The position numbers and the translations under genes are program-made. Shown one piece after another: positions 24,706 through 37,025 of a stretch of DNA of 64,000 bases. The notes beneath the pieces were generated by a model that made no database searches, was not told the origin of the DNA, and was given only the letters and a program-made list of their open reading frames with translations. The stretch is from positions 14,012,001 to 14,076,000 of the forward strand of contig NC_043000.1 in NCBI RefSeq assembly GCF_006345805.1, given 5' to 3'. The stretch comes from Octopus sinensis (lineage: Eukaryota). Each line of letters starts with the position of its first letter. Within the stretch, counting starts at the first letter, position 1.

Positions 24706-26562
24706 ATTATTGAGCTTTATAATGGGAATCATGAGTGACAAATTTGATCCGCAGTCCTATTTCAATGATGGGTAGGGTATGCTTCACTTAAAGTGTCTAT
24801 ACCTTTGGAATGGACATGATTGACTCAGTTCTCCATTATCTCATCCATTTTACCTTTGTCTGTATTAAGGCTTTGTCTTATGACTTTTATTATTGGCAAG
24901 TGTGATAGTACAGTTCTTGGCAGTGGCCCTTGGGAAGAGACCGACATAGCTTCTTCCTCTTTTTTTTTTTATATCCTGAAGCTTAATGCCAGTATAAAAA
25001 TTCATTAATATTATTTTTTATTATTAGTTAAATGCCTTGAACTTTGTTCTCTAGTGGAAGGTAGCTTCAGTCTTCTGTATTAGCAGGTGACTTTTGTGTT
25101 GTGAAGGACACAACATTTTCCCTAAGTTGTGTGCCAGTAAAACAACCCTTTAACAGGTTGATGAAATTTTATTTTTTTACTATTAATTAACTTCTACCCT
25201 CCCTCCCTATTCATTGCCACGTCCACAAATAGAAAAGTGGTTTGTGAATTTGTCCATAAAATATATCTAGAAATAATTTGCATTGGATTATTTTTTTGGT
25301 AAAAAAATTTTAAAAAAACAATCTCTGGATTCTAAGCAACATGTAAAAGACACTAGACTAAAGAGAGAGATAGGTTCATTGCAAAAGACACAACTCTCTC
25401 TCTCTCTCTCTCTTTCACTACCAGTTTACAGAGTTACTGGTTAATAATTCCAATTTATAAAAAAAATAAATCAGAAAATACATTATTTTGTAATAGAATT
25501 TCTTGTGTTCCTTGGAAATTATCTCATTCAATGCTAAGGTACTTCACACCCTGCACTCAGATTTCTCTCCATATTTTTTAAAAATGACGCTTTTAGTGTA
25601 GAAATAACTAAATGTAATTTATTTGGTACTATCCTGGAAATATTAACAGAAATAGGGATTATTTTTTAAATAAATATTCTTCCAGAAAATATATACACAG
25701 TAAAAAAAAAATTACCCAAATGTTTAAAATATAAGAGAAAAGAACAATCTGTTGTTTCCTGATTCCATGTGCACAAGATTGAGGTATTTTCAATATGTAA
25801 ACATTATCATACCCTGAAATTATTCACCTGTTGTTCATTGTTAAAGACTACTTTTTGTTTTTACCTGATGGCCATGTGATGTGCATGTCTTCAGTTCCTC
25901 TGTACAGCAGTGCATTGCTTGCTGACAATTTTTGTAATATACCCATGCACTAGATGTGGGTGTAGATTGTATTTTCTTTATTCCACCAGAAAAGGTCATT
26001 GAAGGCAATGGATGATTTGACTAATTTCAGCCTTATTTTTTAGAGTCTGAAATTAGTTGGAATAAACAAAGAATAAAAATACATAAAACAAAATTGGAAA
26101 TCATTTTTTTTTTCTCTCAAATTCAGATATTGATTAAAAAATGGAAAAAGAAAAGCTCTAAGTGAAATTTATCCAAGTTTGTACTCTTGTTTTTTTGCCA
26201 ATAAACTACCTCATGAAGTTTTGAAACAGAAGCTGCTCTTTTTTTTTTTTTTTTTTTAAATTTCTTTTTATCTACTTTGCAGATGCAAGCCAACTTTGGT
26301 GGTGTATTTTTTTTTCTACTTCGCTAGTTTCCACTGGTCCAGTCTTGGGAAGATTAGTTTCCAGTGTGAAAAAAGTTTAAAAATCTTATGTAGTCTCAGT
26401 GAGAAAGGTTTTTTTTTTTGTTTTGTGGCATTTATGTAAGGAAATTAAGTGTTATGATGTTACTAGCTTCAGATGAACAGACTATTTCTATGGAGAGCTG
26501 CAATTGTCATCAATTTTGTAGTGAAGTTGGAAAAAGAATGATGTCTTATCTATGCCAATTAA

Positions 26563-26772
26563 CCCTTTCGTTACAGTATTTATTTTGGGATGCTCTGTGT
26601 TTCTTTCAATTACTTTAAATATAACAAAGAATTTAGAAAAATAACTTAGTTATCATTAAGCTAGTGTTAGAAACATAAATTGTGACTAAGGTTTGGTAGA
26701 ACCTGTTTATGAAAATAAGACATTTGTACTACAGAACCAGAGCCGGTTTCAGCTGGGTTGGTAATGAAAGGG
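26563..26772. mobile_element. piggyBac-like MITE, family A (opposite orientation)
   Basis: TTAA|CCCTTTCGTTAC...GTAATGAAAGGG|TTAA, 210 bp. Confidence 0.85.
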
Positions 26773-26814
26773 TTAAGGGTGAAAGTGCAACTCCTTAGTT
26801 TTCATTTCATCTAT

Positions 26815-27205
26815 GAATGTGTATGTTTAAGAGGTTTGCTTCCCACCACAAGGTTTGGAGTTCAGTCCCACTGCATGGTACCATGGGGCAATTGGCTTGT
26901 ACTATAGATCCAGGCTGATCAAAGCTTGTGAGTCGGTTACGTAAACAGAAACTGAAAAAAAAGCCCGTGTATGCATATTTCTGTCTCCTTGTATTGACAT
27001 CGCGTGGTGTAAATGAGTGTCACTGTCATACAGGCAATGTCGTTCATTTCCAATATTTTGTGAGAACACATCTTGCCATGGGCAAATATTAAATTACTTG
27101 GAAACAGGTGATTGTGACAGGAAAGGCTTCCGGCCACAGACAAATTTGTCTCACTATACTGTCTAACCCATACAAGCATGAAAAAGTGGATGTTAAAAAG
27201 ATAAT
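26815..27205 (+). mobile_element. SINE with family-C head and family-D-type tail
   Basis: Head tttaagaggtttgcttcccaccacaaggtttggagttcagtcccactgc; tail acccatacaagcatgaaaaagtggatgttaaaa resembles the family-D tail. Confidence 0.6.
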
Positions 27206-27529
27206 GAGAATGTACACTAATACAAGGTGGTTCTGGTTACCATAAAGTCAACTTATGTCAGTATTGGACAAATCCAGAAAATTGGAGTAATTAATGCATA
27301 GGATATAAAATTGTGCCATTGTTCAGAATATCTCCAACTGCTGATTGACTTAAAGGATTCCCGTTGGTAAGGTGACTAACATTGCATTACTGCCAATACT
27401 TTACATTATCATTGCTGTTTGTTTCAGCTAGCGGTCGTTTCTAGTAAATAGGGTATACTATGTGTGTGCCTTTTCAGTATGTAATCCGGCTTACTAAAAC
27501 TCCCTTTAAAAATAGATTCTGGTAATATA

Positions 27530-28375
27530 CAGGGTTTTTCAAAAAATTTGAGATGTAAATATCTCAGAAACTACACAAAGTAAATGAAACTAAACAGGCT
27601 TAATGTTGAGCAACATAAGAATTATTCCTCCAAATTTGAATGAGAAATTCAAATATATATGGATTCCATGAACGATTTCACAAATGTTCAATATGAGCAC
27701 CGCCTGAGACACGACAAACATGGTAGTCCAGCTCCTCTCCAACACGCTGCAGTATGTCTTGGGTAACAGTCTCCAGTTGCAGTAGTGATTCTCTGCTCGA
27801 GTTCCTCTAGGTTTGCAGGAATAGGAGGCGGGCATAGACCGGGTCCTTCGCATAGCCCCATGTTTGCACTTTCGCTTGTCATTTGCCGTTATAACCAGCT
27901 TGTAGGGTTTCATTAGCAAGCGTATATCCTCAGGAAGTGCCAAACTCATTGGAGGAATCTGGGTTTCCAGACTTGTTCTTCTTATGGACTTCTTGGGGCT
28001 TCGCAAGAGTTTTTGGCAAACCCACTCGACCGTCTGTTCCGATGTTAGTGGTCGTCCAGATCCTTTTGTCCTGCACAGATAGCCTTCCGCTTTGAATTTT
28101 TTGTGCCATGTCCAAATCTGCATTGCCATTGGTGACTCTTTAGAGAACTCTCTCATGCACAGTCTTGTTCGACTGTGTTCGAGCATACTCCAACACATAA
28201 AACACCTTTTCTCTTCCAGTGAATGCCATTTCTTTACCTGAAAAGATAAACATATCAAACATTACACATAAAATTTTGAACTGTTTCTACATATGCTGTT
28301 AAAATTTGAAGCCATTTGAACAAGAACTGGCAAAGTTATATTGCGAAATGATATCAAATTTTTTGAAATACTCTG
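27530..28375 (-). mobile_element. Internally deleted Tc1/mariner-superfamily DNA transposon (DUF4817-type N-terminal HTH)
   Basis: TA target duplication (27528-29, 28376-77); TIRs CAGGGTTTTTCAAAAAA / CAGAGTATTTCAAAAAA. Frameshifted transposase from ATG 28229: MAFTGREKVFYVLEYARTQSNKTV, then ...WHKKFKAEGYLCRTKGSGRP...RSPKKSIRR...MKPYKL, then the C-terminal PANLEELEQRITTA segment. The catalytic core is missing. Confidence 0.9.
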
Positions 28376-28380
28376 TATGT

Positions 28381-28750
28381 GGAAGCACTCCGTCGGTTAC
28401 GACGACGAGGGTTCCGGTTGATCCGAATCAACGGAACAGCCTGCTTGTGAAATTAACGTGTAAGTGGCTGAGCACTCCACAGACACGTGTACCCTTAACG
28501 TAGTTCTCGGGGATATTCAGAGTGACAAAGCCGGCCCCTTGAAATACAGGTACAACAGAAACAGGAAGTAAGAGTGAGAGAAAGTTGTGGTGAAAGAGTA
28601 CAGCAGGGATCACCACCATCCCTGTCGGAGCCTCGTGGAGCTTTAGGTGTTTTTCGCTCAATAAACACTCACAACGCCCGGTCTGGGAATCGAAACCGCG
28701 ATCCTACGACCGTGAGTCCGCTGCCCTAACCACTGGGCCATTGCGCCTCC
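28381..28750 (-). mobile_element. tRNA-derived SINE family B
   Basis: Head GGCGCAATGGCCCAGTGGTTAGGGCAGCGGACTCACGGTCGTAGGATCGCGGTTTCGATTCCC on the minus strand; closely matches 39649-40042. Reminiscent of the tRNA-Arg-derived octopus OR-type SINEs (from memory). Confidence 0.85.
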
Positions 28751-28784
28751 AGTATAATAATAATACTAATATGATAGTATTAAC

Positions 28785-28964
28785 AAGGCGGCGAGCTGGC
28801 AGAGGCATTATCGCATCGGGCGCAACACTTAGTGGCATTTCTTCCGACTTTACGTTCTGAGTTGGGTTCCATAAAAAAAAAAAAAAAAAGAACTGGGGGG
28901 GTAGTGTAACTGACTTGCCCTTTCCCTCGGAATTGCTGGCCTCGTTGCAAAATTTGAAACCAAT
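28785..28964 (+). mobile_element. Family-A SINE, internally deleted
   Basis: AAGGCGGCGAGCTGGCAGAG head; core replaced by an A-run; tail aattgctggcctcgttgcaaaatttgaaaccaat. Confidence 0.7.
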
Positions 28965-29655
28965 GTGAACAAGCATAAAATTTACAATCGAATACTTATC
29001 CCTTGGCCCTACTTTAATTTGTACACCTTCATCTTTGTTTACTAGAGTAACATAAGTATCCTGTTACAACCTTCGGTAACTTTGATGAAAAGTTCAGAAT
29101 TGGTAAATTATTGTTGAGGCATTTCTAAATACCAACTGGTTAAAGACAGCTTATTTCCCAATATAATAGGTTTGTTGTGCCCAGGAGACAGTCGCATAAC
29201 AAAACAATGCTTTTGGGGGCTTCAGGACACTCGAACACAAAGATTATTTTGATGAAAATAAACCAGCATTCCCACAATCCTTTGTTCGCCAGCCCAAAGC
29301 ATGTGCAAAAATGCATTCTGAAACGGAGATGAAATAGCTTCGAAGTGTTGATGGACCACCGTATTTCGTGGCATGAAAGACGCATCTCAATTTCAGCAGC
29401 ACTGATCCAGGAGTAAGTGAGCATCAGAGACGAAATTATCTTATGGAAGGCTCAGCTTCGCATCTATGACCCGTGGCAAATTTTTAAAAACTATTTGGGG
29501 AGAAGGGCGTCTTGAATGCCGTCAAATACGATAATGGATTTAGTTTAGAAATTCCTGAAAATAAGCTTCTAGATATCAAGCAAAAATTCAACCAGAAACG
29601 GCTTTATTTTAATTGATTTGAATTAGAATGGTTGAGGGCAGATAAATTCCTGATA

Positions 29656-30063
29656 CACTAATCACTCGCCATATCGTGGATTTTTCTGGCTAATATATAA
29701 TTTTATATGGCAGACTCCTCAGTATATCACGGGTTTCTGCGGCCGATAGGTATTTATATTTGTTTAGGTTTTCATTATTTCTGTGGTAAAATAAGCATTT
29801 TCATGCCTAAAAGTTAATGAATTTATAAATAAAAATACAGTACTGCTCTGTATAACATATTAAAGAATCGCACATACTGTATGGAAAATAAAACTCGGAA
29901 GGTGAGTGTATGGTGTTGTTTTGCATTTATAATTAAAATAAAATATATACAAATTATAAGAATAATATTAAAAAAAATATACAGTATTGTTTCTACTTCA
30001 CGGATTTTCACTTATCGCAGAGGGATCTGGAACGTAACACCCACGATAGTCAAGGGGTTACTG
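29656..30063. mobile_element. Probable Tigger/pogo-type MITE
   Basis: TA flanks and imperfect 23-24-bp TIRs CACTAATCACTCGCCATATCGTGG versus CAGTAACCCCTTGACTATCGTGG. Confidence 0.55.
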
Positions 30064-30214
30064 TATACCATAAATCAGTTATAGTACAGAGAAGTTAGGA
30101 CCGCGAAGATATGTCAGTTAAACATATCCGCGGATATTCATCTGGCTTTTGTGTTAACTGAAGTGCTATATCTATTGTTGCTGTGAATTTAGAAAAATTA
30201 GAGCTAAGAGTAAG

Positions 30215-30590
30215 CTATAGACTTTCGTCAACAAAAAGTCTATGCTACATCCTCAAGATCTGGTGGCCAGACAAGATTTCAAACAGAAGTCTGTGGTATA
30301 GAACGAACCAAACGCCCATCAAACAAGAAATTCTGAAAAGGGAAAGGGGCTAGATTGGTAATATTCTCAGGAAACTGCCAAGCAGCATAGTAAGACACGT
30401 GTTAGACTCGCAACTTGAAGGAAAGAAGAGATTTAAACGACCTAAGAAGACTTGGGAAGTGTGTATGGAGGATGAAGCGAAAGCAATCGGTCTTTCTTGG
30501 TCTGAAATCAAGAAAGTAGCCCAAGATCGCGTCCACTGGCATGAAATAGTCGCGGCCCTTTGCTCTTTACTGAGTAATATGAACTAACTT
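30215..30590 (+). mobile_element. RTE-clade LINE 3' fragment (decayed ORF C-terminus)
   Basis: Translates to ILKIWWPDKISNRSLW...IGNILRK...LEGKKRFKRPKKTWEVCMEDEAKAIGLSWSEIKKVAQDRVHWHEIVAALC, matching the RTE post-RT motif GxRxRGRPKxTW...AQDRxxWRxxVxALC. Confidence 0.8.
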
Positions 30591-30603
30591 GAGGTACAAT
30601 GGT

Positions 30604-30915
30604 GGAGGTGCAATGGCCCAGTGGTTAGGGCAGCAGACTTGCGGTCGAAGGATCGCGGTTTTGATTCCCAGACTAGGCGTTGTGTGTGTTTATTGAGCGA
30701 AAACACCTAAAAGCACGACGAGGCTCCGGCAGGGGGTGGTGGTGGTGACCCCTGATGTACTCATTCGCCACAACTTTCTTTCACTCTCTCTTCCTGTTTC
30801 CTGAGTAACGCTGCGATGGACTGGCGTCCCATCCAGCAGGGGGGGCAGAACACATATGCCACAGAAACCAGGAAACCGGGCCCACAAGCCTGGCTAGGCT
30901 TGAAAAGGGCGAAAA
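30604..30915 (+). mobile_element. Family-B-head SINE with an alternative 3' half
   Basis: Same head as 28750/40042 but ends GACTGGCGTCCCATCCAG...GGCTAGGCTTGAAAAGGGCG plus an A-rich tail. Confidence 0.8.
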
Positions 30916-32194
30916 AGAAAAAGAGCTACAATGAATCGTAAATGTAAGGGTATAAGTTATTTTCAAAATCTTTATCTCTGTCTTTCTACTCGTTTGCATC
31001 TGTTACAATCGAATATGTTGTCAACGTACATGCTGTTGATAAAGTGATTATATTTGGGAACGGTTTTGTTTTCTACGTTAACAACGTAGAATTCCGTGAA
31101 TGTGGAACAGAGCGGAGAACCCATAGAAATTCTGGGTTTATGGAATACATTGTGGACAGCAGAAGGAAACGTCAGTTGTGCGGGCCACAGGAAACATTTT
31201 TATAATCTGTCTTGGTACAGCAGCTGATGTTATTGTACGGTATCCAGATTTTGTTTTTAGTTTTCGTTATTGGAACGTTGGTGAAAAGATTTTGGCCATC
31301 AAACATTGATGAAATTGGTAAAATTTCCACCATGAGTTTCCCGTAGAATTTCTAAGAATTCATCAGAGGATCATATGCTGTATCTGTCTGGTGAGTACTT
31401 CCTTATCCTGCTGTGTACTTTTGGCAATTCTACATACGCCCATCCGCACACAGACACACACACATACACACACACATACACACATGCGCGCACACACACA
31501 CATACAAGCATGCATATTTTCACGCAAAAATATTATTGCAGCATCTGAGTTGTTTGTTGGATCCTTCAAAAATTCCATTCTTACCAAAATTCGCCAACTC
31601 TACCCTCTGCCATCATCTTATTCTGAGGATAGAGTTGGGTTAGTTTCGAAATGTTAATGGATTCATGGATTTAGAAATGCTAATGATTTATATCCAAAAT
31701 AAAAGACCAATAAGAAAATATGAAAAGTTTCACAAAATTTATAAAACCTGAAAATATTCGTGGTTTTCAAATCATGTTTGAAAGAGCAGCTGTTTATAAA
31801 TAAATATGTATGCATACATACATATTTTTTAATATAAATATGAGTATATACACATACAAATGCATACATATATATGCATATACACACAATCTCTCTTTCA
31901 CACACACACACACACACACATACATAATAAAGACCATTGACAGATCATTAAATACTTTGCAAGATAAATTCTCGAACTGTTGAAATTATCTTCCTTTCGA
32001 GAAAAAAGTAAAGAACTACTTCGAACCAACTGCTAAATGAGATAGTAAGATGATCTCAAGAAACAAGAGTTCTACAAAATTTTTAAGCCCTTGAAGAAAA
32101 GACAGTCTGATTGTCTGGAGACAAGAAGACAGCTGTGAATACGTGTTTCTGCATCGAGAGGCGTCAACAACACACCAGCAACTGTACTATTTAA

Positions 32195-32414
32195 CCCTTT
32201 AGTGTTCAGATTATTCTATCAAACATAATGCCTATTGATTCACATTGATTTTGAATTAATCATGCATTATCTCTTATCTTCAAGATCTTGATGGTGTAAT
32301 TACTTAATGTAGAATAACATTGTAGGGTAGGTGTGAGAGCCTGGATCTGGTCAGTTTGAACATAAAACAGATTAAATATTTTGGCCGGATATGGCCGGTT
32401 TAAATACTAAAGGG
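32195..32414. mobile_element. piggyBac-like MITE, family B
   Basis: TTAA|CCCTTTAGTGTT...AATACTAAAGGG|TTAA, 220 bp. Confidence 0.85.
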
Positions 32415-32429
32415 TTAAACTCTTGTCAG

Positions 32430-32875
32430 TTTGTAGTGATCTCAAATTCTATCAAACGGGTGATCATGTGGAAACTGAATATACCCTCGAAGAAATACAC
32501 GGAGGATGCTTATGAGCTGAAGCTTGCGAAATAGAGCAATGCAGAAATCGATCGGGGCTGGCAGGCATGTTGCGAGGCAATTGAGGTGAGCTGCCGAGAT
32601 TTTGTAGGGCGTGCATTCAGCAAAGCTTACACAGGGCTTGGAGTTACAGTTAAGAGAAAAACTATACATTCCATCACTGTAGCTGTAGAGAAAGCCACTA
32701 GACGGCCTTGGATAAAGAGGGCAGACCAGTGGTTTGCTACTATTGGGATGCAAGCTGGGACTCATCGACCCTTTCTGGATCAACTAAGCGAGAGAAATCT
32801 GACGTTGAAAGGCCCGGAACCCAATGAGATCCCAGAAACATCACTGACAATGCGTCTCAGAGCATCTGCGAGATG
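32430..32875 (+). mobile_element. HERO-like non-LTR retrotransposon 3' fragment (restriction-like endonuclease domain plus 3'UTR)
   Basis: Translates to KRVIMWKLNIPSKKYTEDAYELKLAK*...RGWQACCEAIEVSCRDFVGRAFSKAYTGLG...AVEKATRRPWIKRADQW, matching from memory the HERO C-terminus ELTVPWEE...EAYERKxxKY...EVGCRGF...AEKATRWLWIKR. Confidence 0.7.
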
Positions 32876-33429
32876 TCTCGTAAAACAAGATAAATTCTTG
32901 CTTTATTGAATTTATCTTCCCCATCAGTATTGCCTCGTCTTTAGCTTGAACTAGCAGAAATATATTAGCACCTATAATCACATAAGATTCTTTTTTGCTG
33001 TACAATCACCTTTGTAACACTTTCCCTCAGCACAGTAAACGCCATAAAAAGTGCATTGTCTACTGCACTAAAGCCTTCACAACGTCAGATCAAAATTCTA
33101 TATAAGTCCCACCGGGAATACTTTTAAGCACAGATACAAGCAGCACACTCATTCCTTAACACCAGAATATAAAACAAGAAAAAACTGTACATATAGTATT
33201 TGAAGGATAAGGATCTCTTTAGTCAATAATTGACACTATGCCTGCTGATAACAACAGCTTCGGATGTTCTCTTTGCCTATTAGGGAACAACATTACAATA
33301 CAGCCGCTACATCTTTCAAATTTGAAAATAAGGTTGGTTTCTTTAAGCTCTCCTCAAAGGAAAATAAGTCTTACGTTGAAGTTCCATGGGTAGCCTTCGA
33401 TTTTCCCATATATATATATATATATATAT

Positions 33430-33659
33430 ATATCATCATTTAGCGTCCGCTTTCCATGCTAGCATGGGTTGGACGGTTCAACTGGGGTCTGTGAAGCTGG
33501 AAGGCTTCGTCAGGCCCAGTCAGATCTGGCAGTGTTTCTACGGCTGGATGCCCTTCCTAACGCCAACCACTCCGTGAGTGTAGTGGGTGCTTTTTACGTG
33601 CCACCTGTACAAGTGCCAGACAGAGCTGGCAAACAGCCACAAACGGATGGTGTTTTTAC

Positions 33660-33660
<1 letters not shown>
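33430..33660 (-). mobile_element. SINE-like family D
   Basis: Reverse complement of the family-D body and tail (atcatcatttagcgtccgctttccatgctagc...cttttacgtgccacc). Confidence 0.75.
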
Positions 33661-33710
<50 letters not shown>

Positions 33711-33716
<6 letters not shown>

Positions 33717-34100
33717 CAAAATAAGCAACAAGGATATCCAAAGGTAGTGTAGTACAATCATTTCATGATACTTAATTAAACAATGTATTACATCAGTTTT
33801 AAAATGTAAAGCACTCTTCAGCCACATATGGAATTTTTTAATGAAATTGACAATGTTCATTTTTATACTTATTCCATTTGCCAAGATTACAAAGAGGGTA
33901 CATTTTAAAACTGATGTAATACTTACATTGTTTAATTAAATAAAGTAGTATGAAACGATTGTACTACACTACCTTTGGATATCCTTGTTGCTTATTTTGA
34001 TTATAATCACCCCATTTGATTTGTACGGATAAACCACACCAAATTCTGGTGCCTTTAACTTAAGTACCATATTCATCTGAATCTAAATTTTTGTTGAACT
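33711..34100. mobile_element. (TA)n-embedded fold-back element: long inverted-repeat hairpin plus a ~95-bp unique extension
   Basis: Inverted arms TATAATCAAAATAAGCAACAAGGATATCC... at 33711 and ...GGATATCCTTGTTGCTTATTTTGATTATA ending 34005; homologues at 51770-52705 and 53271-53420; TA arrays on both sides. Confidence 0.75.
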
Positions 34101-34269
34101 TATATATATATATATATATATATACGCACACATATTTATGTTTATTTCTTTGTCATCTCTTTTTCTCGTTACCACTCAATACTCAACTAATGGTTCATTC
34201 AGAAGCCTATGTATATCAAGTTCTTAGTATCACAATGCCTAAGAAATATATATCTTACCTTTTAATGGT

Positions 34270-34600
34270 TTCAGTCATTTGACTGCAGCCATGCTGGGGC
34301 ATCACCTTGAAGCATTTGTCAAACAAATCAACTCCAGGACTTACTTTTTAAAGCCTGGTACTTATTTTGGGGCGTCATTTTTGCTGAACCACTAAGCTAC
34401 AGGGACATAAACACCAATAGTGGTTGCCAAGCAGTGGTAGTGGTGGGGACAAACCTAACACACACACACGCTGAGCTTCTTTCAGTTTCCATCTACCAAA
34501 TCCACTCAAGGTCCATGGCTTTAATAGAAGACCCTTGCCCAAGGTGCTATGCAGTGGGATGGAACCCAGAGCCCTGTGGTTAGGAAGCTTTTTACCATGC
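34270..34600 (-). mobile_element. tRNA-derived SINE, family C
   Basis: Matches the reverse complement of 3115-3490. Confidence 0.65.
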
Positions 34601-35029
34601 AGCTACACCTGCACACACAAACATGTGTAGGTATGTATGTTTGTTTGTTTGTTTACATTCACACAGATACACTGATGGCATGCCAAAGATGTTACGACAG
34701 AAAAATAAGTCAATACAAGTTCTTCAGGAAAGTGAAATTAATTTATTAATTTAAAATCAAAAAAGAAATTTAAAAGAAAAATGGGGGAGGAGGAAAATCA
34801 GAAAAAAAAAAAGGAAAAAAAAAATCTTCAAAAAATTAATCTTTATAAATAATTTTTGTTTTTTGTTTGAATATTTTGTTAAATTTATTCATTTATTTAT
34901 TCATTCGAATCACAACTTAAAACCTAGAACTCTCTGATGAGGTAGCATTTTTTGAATGATGCCAAGAGCTAAGGCTAGTTTTGAACAAAGACATCACGGG
35001 ATGGGAAGGGATGTTGAAGAAGAGGAGGT

Positions 35030-35075
<46 letters not shown>

Positions 35076-35454
35076 TGTAAACATCAGTTCTTGGGTCAGT
35101 TGGTTCCAAACTCAAGTTTTTACACCGTACACTGCATACCTACATCCAACTTACTAATAAAGTTTTAAAGCTTTTTATTATATTTATTTATCGTTTTTTT
35201 TTTTTACAAAAATTTCCAAGCAGTTTTCTTGTTTTCTTGTCTAGAAATCCTTGCAATGACCAGCAACACCAACACCCATCAGCCACCTGAATGTTGGTAG
35301 GATCTAAAAAAAATCTAACATTTGTGGGCTTTGGGATTTTTTTTTTTCCAGCAGTAACTTGAAACAAAATCTTTACACACACAGTTAAAATTGGATGGGG
35401 AAGTGTGTTATTAAAAAAAAAAAAAAAAAAAAAAAAGTTGATAATAAATTCTAT

Positions 35455-37025
35455 CTACTATAGGTACAAGGCCTGAAAATTCATGGGGAGTTGGGGGCTA
35501 GTCAATTACATCAACCGGCACTTATTTGATCAACCTGAAACGATGAAAGGCAGAGTCAACCTTGGTGGACTTCCAACTCAGAATGTAAAGATGAATGAAA
35601 CGCTGCTAAGCATCTTGTCTAGTGTGTGCCACTGATTCTACCAGCTCACTGCCTTAACCCTTTCATTACCAACCTGGCTTGTTTTCATAAGTTCTGAATT
35701 AAAATCCTCCACCAAACCTTAGTCACAATTACTGTTCCTAACACTAGCTTAATGGTAACTAAGTTATTTTACTAAATTCTTTCTTATATCTAAAATAATT
35801 GAGAGAAACACAGAGCATCTTAAAATAAATACAGTAACGAAAGGGTTAAGTGTACTAATAATAATAATCCTTTCTACAGTAGGCACAAGGCCTGAAATTT
35901 TTAGGGGAGAGGATAGCTGATTAGATTGATCCCAGTACTCAACTGGTACTTTTTTTTTTTTCAATCAATCCCGAAAGGACAAAAGGCAAAGTAGACCTCG
36001 ACGGAATTGGAACTCCAAACATAAAGACAAACAAAATGTCACTAAGCACTTTGTCCAGCATGCTAATGATTTAACAATAAGTATATTAATTAAAACATTG
36101 ATCTCTAACTTGAGCACAAGGCCATACATGGGAAGAGGAAGGAGGCAGTTAATAATTGATTGAATCTATCCCGCACAAACCCCCAGTAGATTACTGGGAA
36201 GTACTTTATTTCATTGACCCAAGGGAGATGAGGGCAAAGTCAATCTTGAATAGAATTTCAACACAGAACATAAGGGTCATAACTAAATACTGCATAGCAT
36301 TTAGTTTAACACTAATATTTCTGACAAAATCATCCCACTGCCAAATAGTAGAAGTAGTAGTAGTAATAATGATATGATTGATTTTTAATATAAAGCGCAC
36401 ATCCCTGAAAATGTTGGAGGAGGGGAACAGTTGATACTAGTGACTCCTTACTTGACTACTTTTATTTTTATTGACCCTGGAGGAAATGAAAGATTTAACA
36501 CAATATATATATTAATTAAAACATTGATCTCTACTTGAGCACAAGGCCATACATGGGAAGAGGAAGGAGGCAGTTAATAATTGATTGAATCTATCCCGCA
36601 CAAACCCCCAGTAGATTACTGGGAAGTACTTTATTTCATTGACCCAAGGGAGATGAAAGGCAAAGTCAATCTTGATAGAATTTCAACACAGAACATAAAG
36701 GGTCATAACTAAATACTGCATAGCATTTAGTTTAACACTAATATTTCTGACAAAATCATCCACTGCCCAAATAGTAGAAGTAGTAGTAGTAATAATGATG
36801 ATGATGATGATTTTAATATAAGCGCAAAGCCTGAAATTTGGAGGAGGGGAACAGTTGATACTAGTGACTCCAGTACTTGACTACTTTTATTTTATTGACC
36901 CTGGAGGAAATGAAAGGCAAATTTGAACTCGGTGGGATTTGAACTCAAAATGTAGAGAGCCAGAACAAATACGGCAAGGCAGTTTGTCCAAAGCTCTAAT
37001 GATTTTTGCCAACCCACCGCCCTTA
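35455..37025 (-). mobile_element. Cluster of head-to-tail family-A SINEs on the minus strand (contains a MITE and a local duplication)
   Basis: Repeated ...gatgaaaggcaaagt...gaatt..aactc..aa motifs at about 35540, 35980, 36230, 36655 and 36910. Confidence 0.8.
35658..35845. mobile_element. piggyBac-like MITE, family A (small internal deletion)
   Basis: TTAA|CCCTTTCATTAC...GTAACGAAAGGG|TTAA. Confidence 0.8.

Noticed and set aside
29140-29520. CpG-richer segment with a 94-aa ORF
   Set aside because: No recognisable domain, splice signals or termini; it cannot be assigned from sequence alone.
30604-30680. Functional tRNA gene (also SINE heads at 28680-28750, 39970-40040, 48525-48600)
   Set aside because: The heads continue into SINE bodies, one has a TSD, and the cloverleaf and acceptor stem are degenerate.
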